Below, piece by piece: positions 47,413 to 57,531 of a stretch of 64,000 bases of DNA (its first letter is position 1; each line of letters begins with the position of its first letter). Under the pieces are notes generated by a model. It ran no database searches. It was given only the letters and a program-made list of their open reading frames with translations, and was not told the DNA's origin. Location of the stretch: contig CATMPJ010000001.1 in assembly GCA_950073265.1 (NCBI GenBank), positions 11,522 to 75,521 of the forward strand, read 5' to 3'. The translations under genes were made by a program, and so were the position numbers. This stretch comes from an uncultured bacterium. GTDB lineage: Bacteria > Patescibacteriota > Minisyncoccia > Phycocordibacterales > UBA918.

Positions 47413-48327
47413 CTAATTACTATGATACTTTTTATGAACATCCCGAAGGTGCTTGTCAGTAACGTGCGTATACACCTGTGTGGTGCCGATGTTTGCATGA
47501 CCCAAAAGCGCTTGCACCGAACGCAGGTCGGCGCCATTGCTCAGCAAGTCAGTTGCAAAACTATGTCTAATGACATGCGGCGTAACTTTTCGTGTGATAC
47601 CAGCTTGTGCTGCGTACTTTTTAAGTAGTCGCTGCACTGCACGCGGGTGAATGCGCAAGTCGTCGCCTTTTTTTGCTTTATGACCATAACGAATAAAGAG
47701 TGCGTCATCCATGTCTTTACGGTGCATAACATAATCTTTGACCGCCGCCCGTGCACTATCAGAGATAAACACCACCCGAATCTTGTCGCCCTTTCCACGA
47801 ATTGAAAATTCGTCTCGGGTTAAATCAACGTCATCGATTGATAGTGCGCAAAGCTCTGAGATTCGCAGTCCGGTTGAGAACAGTAATTCCAAAATAGCCT
47901 TGTCTCGTTTTCCTTCTAGCTCTTTAGTATCTGGCGCTTCCATCAGTCGTTTGAGTTCTCGAGGAGAGATTAAATCCAAAGATCGCTGTGGGACTTTTGC
48001 GAGTTCAATCCGTTCAGGTGACAAGGCTTCGATACCACGTTTTCGAAGAAACTTGAGAAACGCGCGGACGGCAATCAAGTAATAGTTTTGGGTTCGCCGC
48101 TTCATGGGTTCTACGCGTCCACCCACTTTACTACCAGGCTGACGATTAAGAAATAATCTAAATTCTCGCACTTGTTCTTCAGTAAGATCAGTCGTTTTTT
48201 TAACTTTAGCGAATTCAAAAAAACGTTCTAGATATCGATCGTAGTTTTCAACCGTCTTCACGCTCCGTCCGCGCTCAATCTCTAAGTATTCTAGAAACTG
48301 TCGCTTCAGCTCATGCAAGTCTTTCAT
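47413..48327 (-). CDS. Tyrosine site-specific recombinase, XerC/XerD family
   Basis: N-terminal SAM-like domain ([22 protein letters not shown]); catalytic R...HxxR...Y region ([15 protein letters not shown]). I chose the ATG at 48327. Confidence 0.85.
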   Translation of the reverse strand: MKDLHELKRQFLEYLEIERGRSVKTVENYDRYLERFFEFAKVKKTTDLTEEQVREFRLFLNRQPGSKVGGRVEPMKRRTQNYYLIAVRAFLKFLRKRGIEALSPERIELAKVPQRSLDLISPRELKRLMEAPDTKELEGKRDKAILELLFSTGLRISELCALSIDDVDLTRDEFSIRGKGDKIRVVFISDSARAAVKDYVMHRKDMDDALFIRYGHKAKKGDDLRIHPRAVQRLLKKYAAQAGITRKVTPHVIRHSFATDLLSNGADLRSVQALLGHANIGTTQVYTHVTDKHLRDVHKKYHSN

Positions 48328-48397
48328 TACTGCCAGTATACCAACAATGTCGCACAATACATGACTGATCGAGACTGCTCGGGGGAATGGAGACAGG

Positions 48398-48426
48398 TTG
48401 CAATACTAACAAAATTATGCTATAGT
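48398..48426 (+). promoter_or_regulatory. Putative sigma-70 promoter for rpsO (TTGCAA-17-TATAGT) with ~80-nt leader
   Basis: TTGCAA at 48398..48403, 17-nt spacer, TATAGT at 48421..48426. Confidence 0.55.
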
Positions 48427-48513
48427 CTTTGGAACCTTCGCAGGTTAATCATAATAGTGTACGGTCCCACTTTGGGAGTATCTACCCTCTACACTGTTAG
48501 TTATTACATACAC

Positions 48514-48780
48514 ATGCTATCAAAACGCGTAAAACAAAACACTCTAAAGAACACGCAACGTCATGAAGGTGACACTGGTTCTGCAGAAGCGCAAGTTGGA
48601 CTGCTCACTCGCCAAATCGAGGAGCTGTCAAAGCACCTGCGCAAGCACAAGAAAGACTTTCACTCACGTAGAGGTCTTCTACAGATGGTGGCCGATCGTC
48701 GTAAACACTTAAAGTACCTTCAAAAGAAGGACGAAAAAGCTTACGAGGCACTCATCAAGAAGCTTGGCTTAAAACGATAA
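48514..48780 (+). CDS. rpsO: 30S ribosomal protein S15
   Basis: [54 protein letters not shown] chose the ATG at 48514. Confidence 0.9.
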   Translation: MLSKRVKQNTLKNTQRHEGDTGSAEAQVGLLTRQIEELSKHLRKHKKDFHSRRGLLQMVADRRKHLKYLQKKDEKAYEALIKKLGLKR

Positions 48781-48896
48781 ACTTGCGATTGCTCCCTAGT
48801 GGAGCAATTGTTGGTTATGGGCTATAGTGTATATAGAACCATTTTTGATACTAAAACTTTCCGCGAAGGTTCGAACTTATTTTTTAACCATTTTGT

Positions 48897-49517
48897 ATGT
48901 CCATCATTAGACATCCCGAACAACGGGTAGCGGTGATTATTGATACACAAAACCTGTATCACAGCGCAAAAAATTTATATAAATCGAAAGTAAACTTTGC
49001 CAACGTACTTAAAGCTGCGTTGGGAGACAGAAAACTTATTAGAGCGGTAGCGTACGTCGTAAATACCGAAAGCGGTGAAGAGCAGCCCTTCTTTGAAGCA
49101 CTTGAAAAAGTTGGTATTGAAATCAAAACGAAAGACCTGCAAATATTCTATGGAGGTGCAAAAAAAGCTGACTGGGATGTTGGTATGGCAGTGGATGCCA
49201 TTAAGTTGGCCCATAAAGTTGATGCGGTTGTACTTGCCACTGGTGACGGTGACTTTATTCCTTGCGTTGAATATGTAAAAAGTCTCGGCTGCCAAGTCGA
49301 AGCGGTGACTTTCGGTCGTAGCGCTTCTTCAGGTCTGCGCGCAGCAGTCGATGATTTTATCGATCTTGATGAAGACCCGAGCAACTTTTTAATTGGGTAT
49401 CGGCCAAATCGCCGCAAGTCGACCAAAAAGACTGCCACCAAGAAGGCCAGTAGCAAAGCTGGAAGTGGGAAGAAATCAACTGGTGTGGTTGGTACGGATA
49501 CTGATTATCTGGATTAG
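48897..49517 (+). CDS. NYN domain (LabA-like, PIN-fold) protein with basic C-terminal tail
   Basis: VAVIIDTQNLYHSAK...VDAVVLATGDGDFIPCVEYVKSLGCQVEAV pattern of LabA/NYN. Confidence 0.75.
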   Translation: MSIIRHPEQRVAVIIDTQNLYHSAKNLYKSKVNFANVLKAALGDRKLIRAVAYVVNTESGEEQPFFEALEKVGIEIKTKDLQIFYGGAKKADWDVGMAVDAIKLAHKVDAVVLATGDGDFIPCVEYVKSLGCQVEAVTFGRSASSGLRAAVDDFIDLDEDPSNFLIGYRPNRRKSTKKTATKKASSKAGSGKKSTGVVGTDTDYLD

Positions 49518-49526
49518 TGTTTTTGA

Positions 49527-49563
49527 AAACGGCCGGACTTGGCGTTGCCAAGTCCGGCCGTTT
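49527..49563 (+). terminator. Rho-independent terminator
   Basis: aaaacggccggacttggcgttgccaagtccggccgttttgtt. Confidence 0.8.
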
Positions 49564-49622
49564 TGTTATGCTCATACATATACAAGATAACAGAGGTAGT
49601 TGTGTAGGTAGATTTCAATGAA

Positions 49623-51809
49623 TTGAAGTCTAAAACACAACCGTCTCACAAACAAAATAATATGCAAAAAAAATCTTTTTCAATGGAGTTGGCTGGAAAA
49701 ACACTGACTGCTGAATTTAACGACTTAACAGCGCACGCCAATGGGTCAGTAATGCTACGCTACGGCGAGACGGTTATCTTGGTCACGGCGGTTATGAGTG
49801 CTCGAGAAAGTGCTGCAAATTACTTTCCGCTGTCAGTCGAATTTGAAGAGAAATTTTATGCGGCTGGTCAAATCCTCGGTAGTCGATTTCAGCGTCGGGA
49901 AGGAAGACCTAGCGACGAAGCTGTACTCTCAGCACGAATCGTAGACCGCACGATTCGTCCGCTGTTTAATCAAAAAGTACGTCGCGATGTACAAGTTGTA
50001 GTGACGGTACTGGCAGTAGGAGAAGACGACCCTGATGTCTTGGGGGTGATTGGCGCATCACTCGCACTGTCTGTTTCTGACATTCCCTGGGCAGGACCAG
50101 TGGGAGCTATTCGAATTGGGCGAACCAAAGACACCGGTGATGTAGTCATAAATCCTACCTACCTGGAACGAAAAGAAGGTGTGCTTGATGTAGAAATTTT
50201 GGCCTGCGGGAAGGACGGTACCATTAACATGATCGAGACGAGTGCGCACGAAGTTAGTGAACAAGAAATCATTCAGATGCTCCAACAAGCTGCCGGCCTA
50301 CACTCTGAAATTGAAGCGTTTCAAAAAACTATCGTCACTGAGATTGGGAAGACGAAACAACAGCTCGAAGTGCCGACCGTACAGCCTGAAGCAGTCACGC
50401 TGTACGAGTCAGAATTTGCAGAGAAGCTGTATCAAACAATTTTTAGCAATCAGCCAGGTAAGGATCATATTTATGAAATAAAAAAAGAGTATCTAAAAAC
50501 CCTTATTGAAAATGAAATTGACCCTACTCAGGCTGACCATTTCTTTGAAGACAAGATTGATGAAACACTACACCAAGGTGCGGTCGCTGAGAATAAACGG
50601 GCAGACGGGCGGAATATGGATGAAGTTCGTCCACTCTTTGCTCAAGCTGGCGGTGTCTCACCGGTGTTACACGGTTCCGGAATATTTTATCGCGGTGGCA
50701 CGCACATCTTTACCGCGCTCACATTAGGTGGGCCGGAAGCAGCACAGATGCTCGATACGATGGAAAGTCGTGATGAAAAGAAACGTTTCATGCACCATTA
50801 CAACTTTCCGCCATACTCGGTTGGTGAAACCGGACGAGTGGGTGGTTTCAACCGCCGTATGATTGGACACGGGGCTTTAGCAGAAAAAGCCCTTGCTCCA
50901 CTCATCCCCGAACAGAGCGTCTTTCCGTATACTATTCGCTTGGTGTCAGAAACCTTATCAAGCAACGGCTCAAGTTCTATGGGTTCGGTGTGTGCAGCGA
51001 CCTTAGCTCTCATGGACGGCGGTGTTCCTATTAAAAGGCCAGTTGCCGGTATCGCTTCTGGTGTCATGATTCTTGATGATAAACACGCACTCTTAACTGA
51101 CATTCAAGGCCCAGAAGATGAGTTCGGTGATATGGACTTTAAAGTAGCTGGAACTACGGAGGGGGTAACGGCAATCCAAATGGATGTAAAAGTTTCTGGT
51201 ATCCCAATCACCATTTTGTCTGCGGCACTAGAAAAAGCCAAAGCCGCGCGTCTCCATATTCTAGAGACAATAACAAATTCACTAGCAGCCCCGCGCGAAA
51301 CAATTTCCCCACGAGCACCTGAAATTGTAGTGCTAAAAATTAACGAGGATCAGATTGGACTAGTTATCGGCAGTGGTGGAAAAACCATCAATGGTATCAA
51401 AGATGATAGTGGGGTAGATGAGATAAGTATTGAGGAAGATGGCACCGTTTATATTACCGGTAAAAATGGTTCGGCAGGTACTGCGGCTGATAAAATTAAA
51501 GCCCTGACAAAAATATACCAAGTGGGTGAACGTGTTTCGGCGACCGTTACCCGCATAGCGACATTTGGTGCATTTGCTAAACTTGATGCCTTTAACGAAG
51601 GTCTTATTCACATTTCAGAAATTGCTCCGTTTAGACTTGAAAATCTTGACGGTGTATTGCAAGAAGGAGAGACCGTGGAAGTAATAGTCGCTAAGGTGGA
51701 AGGCGGAAAGATTGGATTATCTATCAAACAAGCAGATCCTGACTTTGCAGTAAAACGTGGACTACACCCTGGCACTCGAGAAGATAAAAACGCTGAAGGA
51801 AATAAATAA
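49623..51809 (+). CDS. pnp: Polyribonucleotide nucleotidyltransferase (PNPase)
   Basis: Two RNase PH domains, KH (GSGGKTINGIKDDSG) and S1 domains. Alternative starts lie at 49662 (MQKK) and 49683 (MELAGK). Confidence 0.9.
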   Translation: MKSKTQPSHKQNNMQKKSFSMELAGKTLTAEFNDLTAHANGSVMLRYGETVILVTAVMSARESAANYFPLSVEFEEKFYAAGQILGSRFQRREGRPSDEAVLSARIVDRTIRPLFNQKVRRDVQVVVTVLAVGEDDPDVLGVIGASLALSVSDIPWAGPVGAIRIGRTKDTGDVVINPTYLERKEGVLDVEILACGKDGTINMIETSAHEVSEQEIIQMLQQAAGLHSEIEAFQKTIVTEIGKTKQQLEVPTVQPEAVTLYESEFAEKLYQTIFSNQPGKDHIYEIKKEYLKTLIENEIDPTQADHFFEDKIDETLHQGAVAENKRADGRNMDEVRPLFAQAGGVSPVLHGSGIFYRGGTHIFTALTLGGPEAAQMLDTMESRDEKKRFMHHYNFPPYSVGETGRVGGFNRRMIGHGALAEKALAPLIPEQSVFPYTIRLVSETLSSNGSSSMGSVCAATLALMDGGVPIKRPVAGIASGVMILDDKHALLTDIQGPEDEFGDMDFKVAGTTEGVTAIQMDVKVSGIPITILSAALEKAKAARLHILETITNSLAAPRETISPRAPEIVVLKINEDQIGLVIGSGGKTINGIKDDSGVDEISIEEDGTVYITGKNGSAGTAADKIKALTKIYQVGERVSATVTRIATFGAFAKLDAFNEGLIHISEIAPFRLENLDGVLQEGETVEVIVAKVEGGKIGLSIKQADPDFAVKRGLHPGTREDKNAEGNK

Positions 51810-51821
51810 AGCGTGAAAAAC

Positions 51822-51843
51822 TAACAGCCCGAAAGGGCTGTTT
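51822..51843 (+). terminator. Rho-independent terminator after pnp
   Basis: aacagcccgaaagggctgtttcg. Confidence 0.65.
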
Positions 51844-51861
51844 CGTGAGATACTAGAGTTA

Positions 51862-53580
51862 ATGAGTGTCAAAAAAGACAAGACACTGGCTAAAGTCAGA
51901 ACCTTTGCACAGGACTTTACAGACCATCGACCATCCGGTGACAGCGCTGCTGTTTCTAGTGCCACACCAACACCGGAAGCTGAAATCAAGGCATCAGCGC
52001 ACAAGCCCGCAGAAAAAGAAAGACTCTCTCCGATAGAATCATCGACGCTGACGAAAGAAGAGTCGAAGGAGGCTCCAAAACCAATCCCAAAAATTGTCGT
52101 CAGCTCAACCGAAAAAAAGTCTGCACCAATAATTCCTTCGTTTCATGAGCTGGAGAAAGTAGCCGTGCCGAAACCGAAAAAACAACCGGCCACTATCACT
52201 GTTAAAAAAAGACCGGCCCGGCCAATCTCTGGCGAGGCGACCATTATCACCTCGACTAAAAAATCGAGAAATGCTACTAGGCGTCCTTCTGTCTTCTTAG
52301 CTTTGCAAGAGTGGGTCACTGGTCTGTTTACTAAAAAACCAGTCAGTCATACATACCAAGTCCCGGATGCAAACCATCGCAAGGGAGTGGTAGAAAAGGC
52401 GACCACTAAAACCGGTGCATTTTTCACTGCAGACAACGAAACACTACGTGAAGAAATACTTCGAAGACGGCGGGCTGAAGAGTTAGCTGAAGATCAGCCT
52501 GCGAAATATACAGGTGCTGAAGATTTAGACATTACGTGGACACCGCGAACAGAAGCGGGTTACGAGTTGCTCACCGGAGAAAAAACACAACCAGCTCCAC
52601 CAGTTCAACTCGCTGAGCCGAAAGTGGAGCCGCAGGCTGAAACCGTGGCACCACCTATACCTGTTCCTCCGGAACCAGATCTTGCTGCAGAGCCAGAACC
52701 ACCTCATGAAACACCAGCTGCTGCAGAGTCCCGTTGGGCAACGTACGCTCAAGAGTCAAATGAAGCCAAGCCAGAATCTTCTGTAACACCAGCTGCTGCA
52801 GCACCAGCACCTGAACAAGTCCCGCCACAAACCACTGCACCGACTCCGTCACCAGAACCCAATCCATATACACTGCGAGCAGAACCTTTTGCTGCTTTGC
52901 GAAATGTATTTAGTGGTTCACCAGAATCAATCAATACCAATGGTATTGCTCTAGGGTTAGTCGCTGTACTGGCTAGTATTTTCATTGTTGTGGTTGTAGT
53001 ACAAATTATTTTCTCTGCGCTCACTCCAGACACTGATACATTACTTGTCGACCAACCCAGGCCACTACTAACTACGTATCCTGTCATTGATGTAACACTA
53101 CAAGCAACTACCAGCTCAGCTTTAATCAGCGCTTTAACCGAACAAAGAACAATCATCACTAATAGTGAGCAAGAGATCAGAATCATGACACCAACCGGTG
53201 AAGAGATGCCAACGAAAGAGTTGATTGCCCTGATGGACCTGGACCTTGATCCAGAGCTGACTCAGGCCATAACGACAATTCGGTTTGTTAACCTAGATGG
53301 TGTTCAGTATGCGTTAGTTTTTGCTGTCAACGACTCAATCACGGCGCTCGGCGGCATGCTGCAGTGGGAGACAATGATGGTTAATAATCTGAGTGAATAT
53401 ATATATATAACCAACCCACCAACCGAATCATTCGCTTTCACTGATGAAACGGTAGCGGGTAAAGACGTTCGCGTACTTAGTGATGGTGTTGATGAGGTGC
53501 TCACGTATGGCTTCGTCACAGACGAAATAATCCTCATTACAAAAACGAGCGACTCGTTTACCCGCTTGGCAACTCAGTAA
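51862..53580 (+). CDS. Hypothetical Pro/Ala/Thr-rich single-pass membrane protein
   Basis: 572 aa. Low-complexity N-terminal half, TM at IALGLVAVLASIFIVVVVVQIIF, structured C-terminal domain. Confidence 0.5.
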   Translation: MSVKKDKTLAKVRTFAQDFTDHRPSGDSAAVSSATPTPEAEIKASAHKPAEKERLSPIESSTLTKEESKEAPKPIPKIVVSSTEKKSAPIIPSFHELEKVAVPKPKKQPATITVKKRPARPISGEATIITSTKKSRNATRRPSVFLALQEWVTGLFTKKPVSHTYQVPDANHRKGVVEKATTKTGAFFTADNETLREEILRRRRAEELAEDQPAKYTGAEDLDITWTPRTEAGYELLTGEKTQPAPPVQLAEPKVEPQAETVAPPIPVPPEPDLAAEPEPPHETPAAAESRWATYAQESNEAKPESSVTPAAAAPAPEQVPPQTTAPTPSPEPNPYTLRAEPFAALRNVFSGSPESINTNGIALGLVAVLASIFIVVVVVQIIFSALTPDTDTLLVDQPRPLLTTYPVIDVTLQATTSSALISALTEQRTIITNSEQEIRIMTPTGEEMPTKELIALMDLDLDPELTQAITTIRFVNLDGVQYALVFAVNDSITALGGMLQWETMMVNNLSEYIYITNPPTESFAFTDETVAGKDVRVLSDGVDEVLTYGFVTDEIILITKTSDSFTRLATQ

Positions 53581-53597
53581 GGTATACTGATCTGTAT

Positions 53598-53966
53598 ATG
53601 GACACATCAACGCATGCAAAAAAACTTGAAGAAGAAAAAGAGCTAATTGTGAATGAATTATCAGCGATTGCGCATTTTAACGAAAGCACCGGAGACTGGG
53701 AAGCGAAGCCAGCTGAGCCGGCAGATAATGCTGACCAGAATGACGCTGCCGATGATCAAGAGGATTCTATCGAGCGACAAGCGCTTGTAGCTGACTTAGA
53801 AAATCGATACCGTAATCTGAAACGGGCTTTAGAAAAAATTGAAGCAGGTACTTACGGTACCTGCGAACTGTGTCAGAAACCGATTGAAAAAAACCGACTT
53901 GAAGCTAATCCAGCAGCCCGCACCTGTATTGCCGATAAGGAGCGCGAGGCAGAATTACCACTTTAG
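53598..53966 (+). CDS. TraR/DksA family C4-type zinc-finger protein
   Basis: Coiled-coil N-terminus and C-terminal GTYGTCELCQKPIEKNRLEANPAARTCIADKE. Confidence 0.65.
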   Translation: MDTSTHAKKLEEEKELIVNELSAIAHFNESTGDWEAKPAEPADNADQNDAADDQEDSIERQALVADLENRYRNLKRALEKIEAGTYGTCELCQKPIEKNRLEANPAARTCIADKEREAELPL

Positions 53967-53971
53967 TACTT

Positions 53972-55489
53972 ATGGCTGTTGCTCGCACGCAGACCATTCA
54001 ACCTCACGTGCTGAGTGGTACCGTCGTGAGTATAGAGACAGATATTTCGCGTGGTTTGCACGCGTTTTCTGTTGTTGGTTTGGCCGGAAAGGCTGTTGAC
54101 GAAGCGAAAGATAGAGTAAGTAGCGCCATTAAACATTCGGGATTTGACTCTCCAAAAACCAAGAATCAAAAAATCACCATCTCTCTGTCACCGGCCGATC
54201 TGAAAAAAGAAGGACCTTTATACGATTTGCCGATTGCCATTTCATATTTACTCGCGTGTGGTGATATTGCTTCTAACGACACAAAAAGAGCGTATGTAGG
54301 CGAATTAGGGCTTGATGGAAGTGTGCGTCCAGTTAAAGGTGTCTTGAACTCTGTCGTCGCTGCGAAAGCTGCTGGCTTCACAGAGATAATTGTGCCCCAC
54401 GTAAATGCTGCCGAGGCTGCACTAGTGGATGGGATTTCCGTCATTCCTGCCCGAACACTCACTCATGTCATTGCACATATTTCTCCAAGAGACGAAGCGG
54501 TTCGGATACCAAGCCAACCAATCACCGAACTTGAATCAGGTTGGTTTGAAAGTACGGTTCAGCTTGAAGATATAAAAGGACAAGAAAGTGCTAAGCGGGG
54601 TTTATTGATTGCCGCAGCTGGAAGGCACAACGTTATGTTCGTGGGACCACCTGGCACTGGAAAGACCATGTTGGCGCGCGCCCTGCGAAGTATTTTGCCA
54701 CCACTCTCACGACAAGAGGCGCTTGATGTAACCGCGATTCATTCACTAGCTGGCGGCGAGTTTGATATATCATCGCGGCCGCCATTTCGTAGTCCACACC
54801 ACACCGCATCACACACGGCCCTGGTTGGCGGTGGTAGCAACCCTAAACCAGGAGAAGTAACGATGGCGCATCACGGGGTGTTGTTTATGGATGAATTTCC
54901 CGAATTTGAGCGACGCAGTCTTGATGCGCTGCGGCAACCGCTTGAAGACCGCGTTGTCACCATTTCGCGCGTACAAGGTACCGCAGAATTTCCGGCTGAT
55001 TTTATTTTAGTCGCAGCATTGAACCCGTACCGTGGCAGCGAAGACGGTACGCAAAATCTATTACGCGCAATGCAGGAAACTTATAAGAATAAAGTCAGTG
55101 GACCAATTCTTGATCGCATTGATCTATGGCTTGAAGTGCCGCACGTTGATTACGAAACACTTACTAGCTTACGCACGGCAGAAGGGGAGACGAAAAGGGC
55201 ACGAAAAGCGGTGCTGGCCGCGCGCAAGCTAGCACAAGCACGTCAATTCCAAAACCAGGAATTACCAAGTACCAACTCAAATTTATCGGCGCGAAGCATC
55301 GAAACGTCAATCCACCTCAAGGACGAGGTAAAAGATATTCTCAAAAACTCAAGCGCCAAACTCAATTTGTCACCTCGTAGTTACCACCGCCTTCTCAAAG
55401 TCGCTCGCACTATCGCCGACCTAGACGATTCCGAACATATAGAAACACAACACGTACTTGAAGCCCTGCAATACCGCGTTCCAGTTTAA
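53972..55489 (+). CDS. comM: YifB/ComM family Mg-chelatase-like AAA+ ATPase
   Basis: Walker A MFVGPPGTGKTMLARAL, GVLFMDEFPEF, C-terminal Mg_chelatase_C region. Confidence 0.85.
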   Translation: MAVARTQTIQPHVLSGTVVSIETDISRGLHAFSVVGLAGKAVDEAKDRVSSAIKHSGFDSPKTKNQKITISLSPADLKKEGPLYDLPIAISYLLACGDIASNDTKRAYVGELGLDGSVRPVKGVLNSVVAAKAAGFTEIIVPHVNAAEAALVDGISVIPARTLTHVIAHISPRDEAVRIPSQPITELESGWFESTVQLEDIKGQESAKRGLLIAAAGRHNVMFVGPPGTGKTMLARALRSILPPLSRQEALDVTAIHSLAGGEFDISSRPPFRSPHHTASHTALVGGGSNPKPGEVTMAHHGVLFMDEFPEFERRSLDALRQPLEDRVVTISRVQGTAEFPADFILVAALNPYRGSEDGTQNLLRAMQETYKNKVSGPILDRIDLWLEVPHVDYETLTSLRTAEGETKRARKAVLAARKLAQARQFQNQELPSTNSNLSARSIETSIHLKDEVKDILKNSSAKLNLSPRSYHRLLKVARTIADLDDSEHIETQHVLEALQYRVPV

Positions 55490-55492
55490 CAG

Positions 55493-56026
55493 CTAACTCA
55501 AATAGCACAGTTTAACGACTTCCGGAATATCTTCTTTTCCTATTTCACCAGACTCAAATCGGCTGATTATTTCTTCTGGTAAAAGCCATTCATACCCTGA
55601 AAAATCATCGCGATTAAAATTTGGGACGTCATCGCTTTTAATTTCGTAGACTTTCTGGAAACAATGGACGTCATGGGTGTGGGGATTGAAGCTGGCAATT
55701 TCTTTGTATTCAACTTCATTTAAATTTAGATTTACTTCTTCAGAAGCTTCCTTGTGAAGCCCTTCTTCATACGTCTCACCAGACTCAACGTGTCCAGCGA
55801 TACTGTAATCAAGGCCGTTAGGATACAACTTTTTAGTTGACACTCTCCTCGGAATCCATAGCTTTCCCTCATTGTTGACGATAAAAGCGTGAATAACGCG
55901 GTAGTTTCGTAACCCTTCGGCATATATTTTTTCTCTACTTGCTGTCCCGATGACTTTATCGTGTTCATCAACAAGGTCTAGTAGTTCTTCTGGATGATCT
56001 GTTTCTCTGGGTGATTTGACTTGCAT
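55493..56026 (-). CDS. NUDIX hydrolase
   Basis: Nudix box AGHVESGETYEEGLHKEASEEVNL. Confidence 0.75.
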   Translation of the reverse strand: MQVKSPRETDHPEELLDLVDEHDKVIGTASREKIYAEGLRNYRVIHAFIVNNEGKLWIPRRVSTKKLYPNGLDYSIAGHVESGETYEEGLHKEASEEVNLNLNEVEYKEIASFNPHTHDVHCFQKVYEIKSDDVPNFNRDDFSGYEWLLPEEIISRFESGEIGKEDIPEVVKLCYLS

Positions 56027-56179
56027 ATGGCGAGTATATCAGAATTTTAATTAGACTAAAGTTCTAAAACGAAATGAAGGTCGAGGAAGGCAAGAAAAAT
56101 GCCCCGAGTGGGGCAAGTGCCCAGCAAGGGGCATTTTTTGTAGACTGACGAAGAGATTCGTTCGTTTTAGGATTTTTCT

Positions 56180-57361
56180 TTAAAATGGGTTTCTGCCTCC
56201 ACGCACTTCAAAGTGAAGGTGCGTCCCCGTAGACTTTCCTGAACTACCCATACCACCAATGACTTCACCTTGTCCGACGTAACTACCAACACCAACATTG
56301 AGTGAGGAGAGGTGAGCGTACAATGTCTGCGTACCGTTACTGTGCTTTATCACGATGTAACTACCGTACCCGCCATTCCAACCAGATCCTTTCGCCACAA
56401 TAACTTCACCAGCCGCAGCCGCCCGAATGGCTGAGCCCATTCCACCGGCTAAGTCTACAGCGTTATAGCCGTGGATACCCTGCGTACGGATTGCACCTGG
56501 AGCAGGGTGGGTGAAGCCTGAGCCACTACCACCAGAGGCTGCGCTACTACCTGCGGCTTTTGCTTTAGCTGGCGCCGCTGTATGCATCGCACCGCCAGGC
56601 ACAATGATCGTATCACCAACCGCTAGTTCTGAGCCGGCCGATAGCTGGTTGTAGGAAAGGATTTCGTCTTCGTCACCTTCATACTTCTTAGCAATACTTT
56701 GTAGTGTATCTCCACTTTTTACTACGTGACGTACGCCAGCAATTGGCAAAATAACCAGTGAGTCACCTGGTTGAATGTCACTGGCTCGACTCACGTCGTT
56801 GGCCCACATAATAGTGTTGGAGGTGACACCAAACATTTCAGCAATCTCAGAGAGTGAGTCACCTTCGCGCACTGTATAGACCCGAATTTCACCAGTATTA
56901 TTGGCACCTGCTTGCGCAATTTCGTCGGCACCAACCGGTCCGGTAGAAACAAGTGCATTATCATCAACCTGGATCTCGGCGCCACCGCGTGCCCCTTGTG
57001 GATTTGCGTTTAGACCAGCGGTAAGGAGAGAAATATCTGTTGGACTTTCGTCATTAGCAGCTTCGTCAACTACTTCAACAATAATCTCTTCGGTAAATAA
57101 ACCACTAAAAAAACCGGCTCGGACTGTAAATGGAAGACTAACTGCAATGATTAGGAGCAAGACTTCTACAGTAACTCGTAGTCGGGATGGGATGTGTTCT
57201 ATGTGTGACGCTACACTATCAGCGTAGGTCGGTTGTTGATTCTGTTTTATGAGAAATTGGTTATGGTCTCGCCGCCGGTCAATCGTTACCCCTGTGCTCG
57301 AAAAGAAAACGCACCCTCTTGGGTACAAGCAGTATTCTACTAAAGGTTGTCTAGCTGACAA
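56180..57361 (-). CDS. LysM-domain M23 family metallopeptidase (membrane-anchored)
   Basis: Two LysM repeats (GDSLSEIAEMFGV..., GDTLQSIAKKYEG...) and an M23 catalytic core (HLHFEV). The exact start is uncertain; an in-frame GTG lies near 57200. Confidence 0.85.
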   Translation of the reverse strand: MSARQPLVEYCLYPRGCVFFSSTGVTIDRRRDHNQFLIKQNQQPTYADSVASHIEHIPSRLRVTVEVLLLIIAVSLPFTVRAGFFSGLFTEEIIVEVVDEAANDESPTDISLLTAGLNANPQGARGGAEIQVDDNALVSTGPVGADEIAQAGANNTGEIRVYTVREGDSLSEIAEMFGVTSNTIMWANDVSRASDIQPGDSLVILPIAGVRHVVKSGDTLQSIAKKYEGDEDEILSYNQLSAGSELAVGDTIIVPGGAMHTAAPAKAKAAGSSAASGGSGSGFTHPAPGAIRTQGIHGYNAVDLAGGMGSAIRAAAAGEVIVAKGSGWNGGYGSYIVIKHSNGTQTLYAHLSSLNVGVGSYVGQGEVIGGMGSSGKSTGTHLHFEVRGGRNPF

Positions 57362-57531
57362 TTGACGTAATGCACATCTTTAGCAAAATAGCTGCAAGCC
57401 TAAATAAGCGCTTAAAATATGACTAAAAAGTCTATTTACTTTTCTAAAATAGTCTGCTGTTATTTTTTGTCAACAAAACAAATGACTAAATTCCTCTCCT
57501 TTTGATTGTGCTATAGTGGTGTTCCTAATCC

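Noticed and set aside
47413-48327. Tyrosine recombinase considered as a phage or ICE integrase marking a mobile element
   Set aside because: It is about 300 aa with an N-terminal SAM-like domain typical of chromosomal XerC/XerD. No flanking phage genes or tRNA target are present, and it is surrounded by housekeeping genes.
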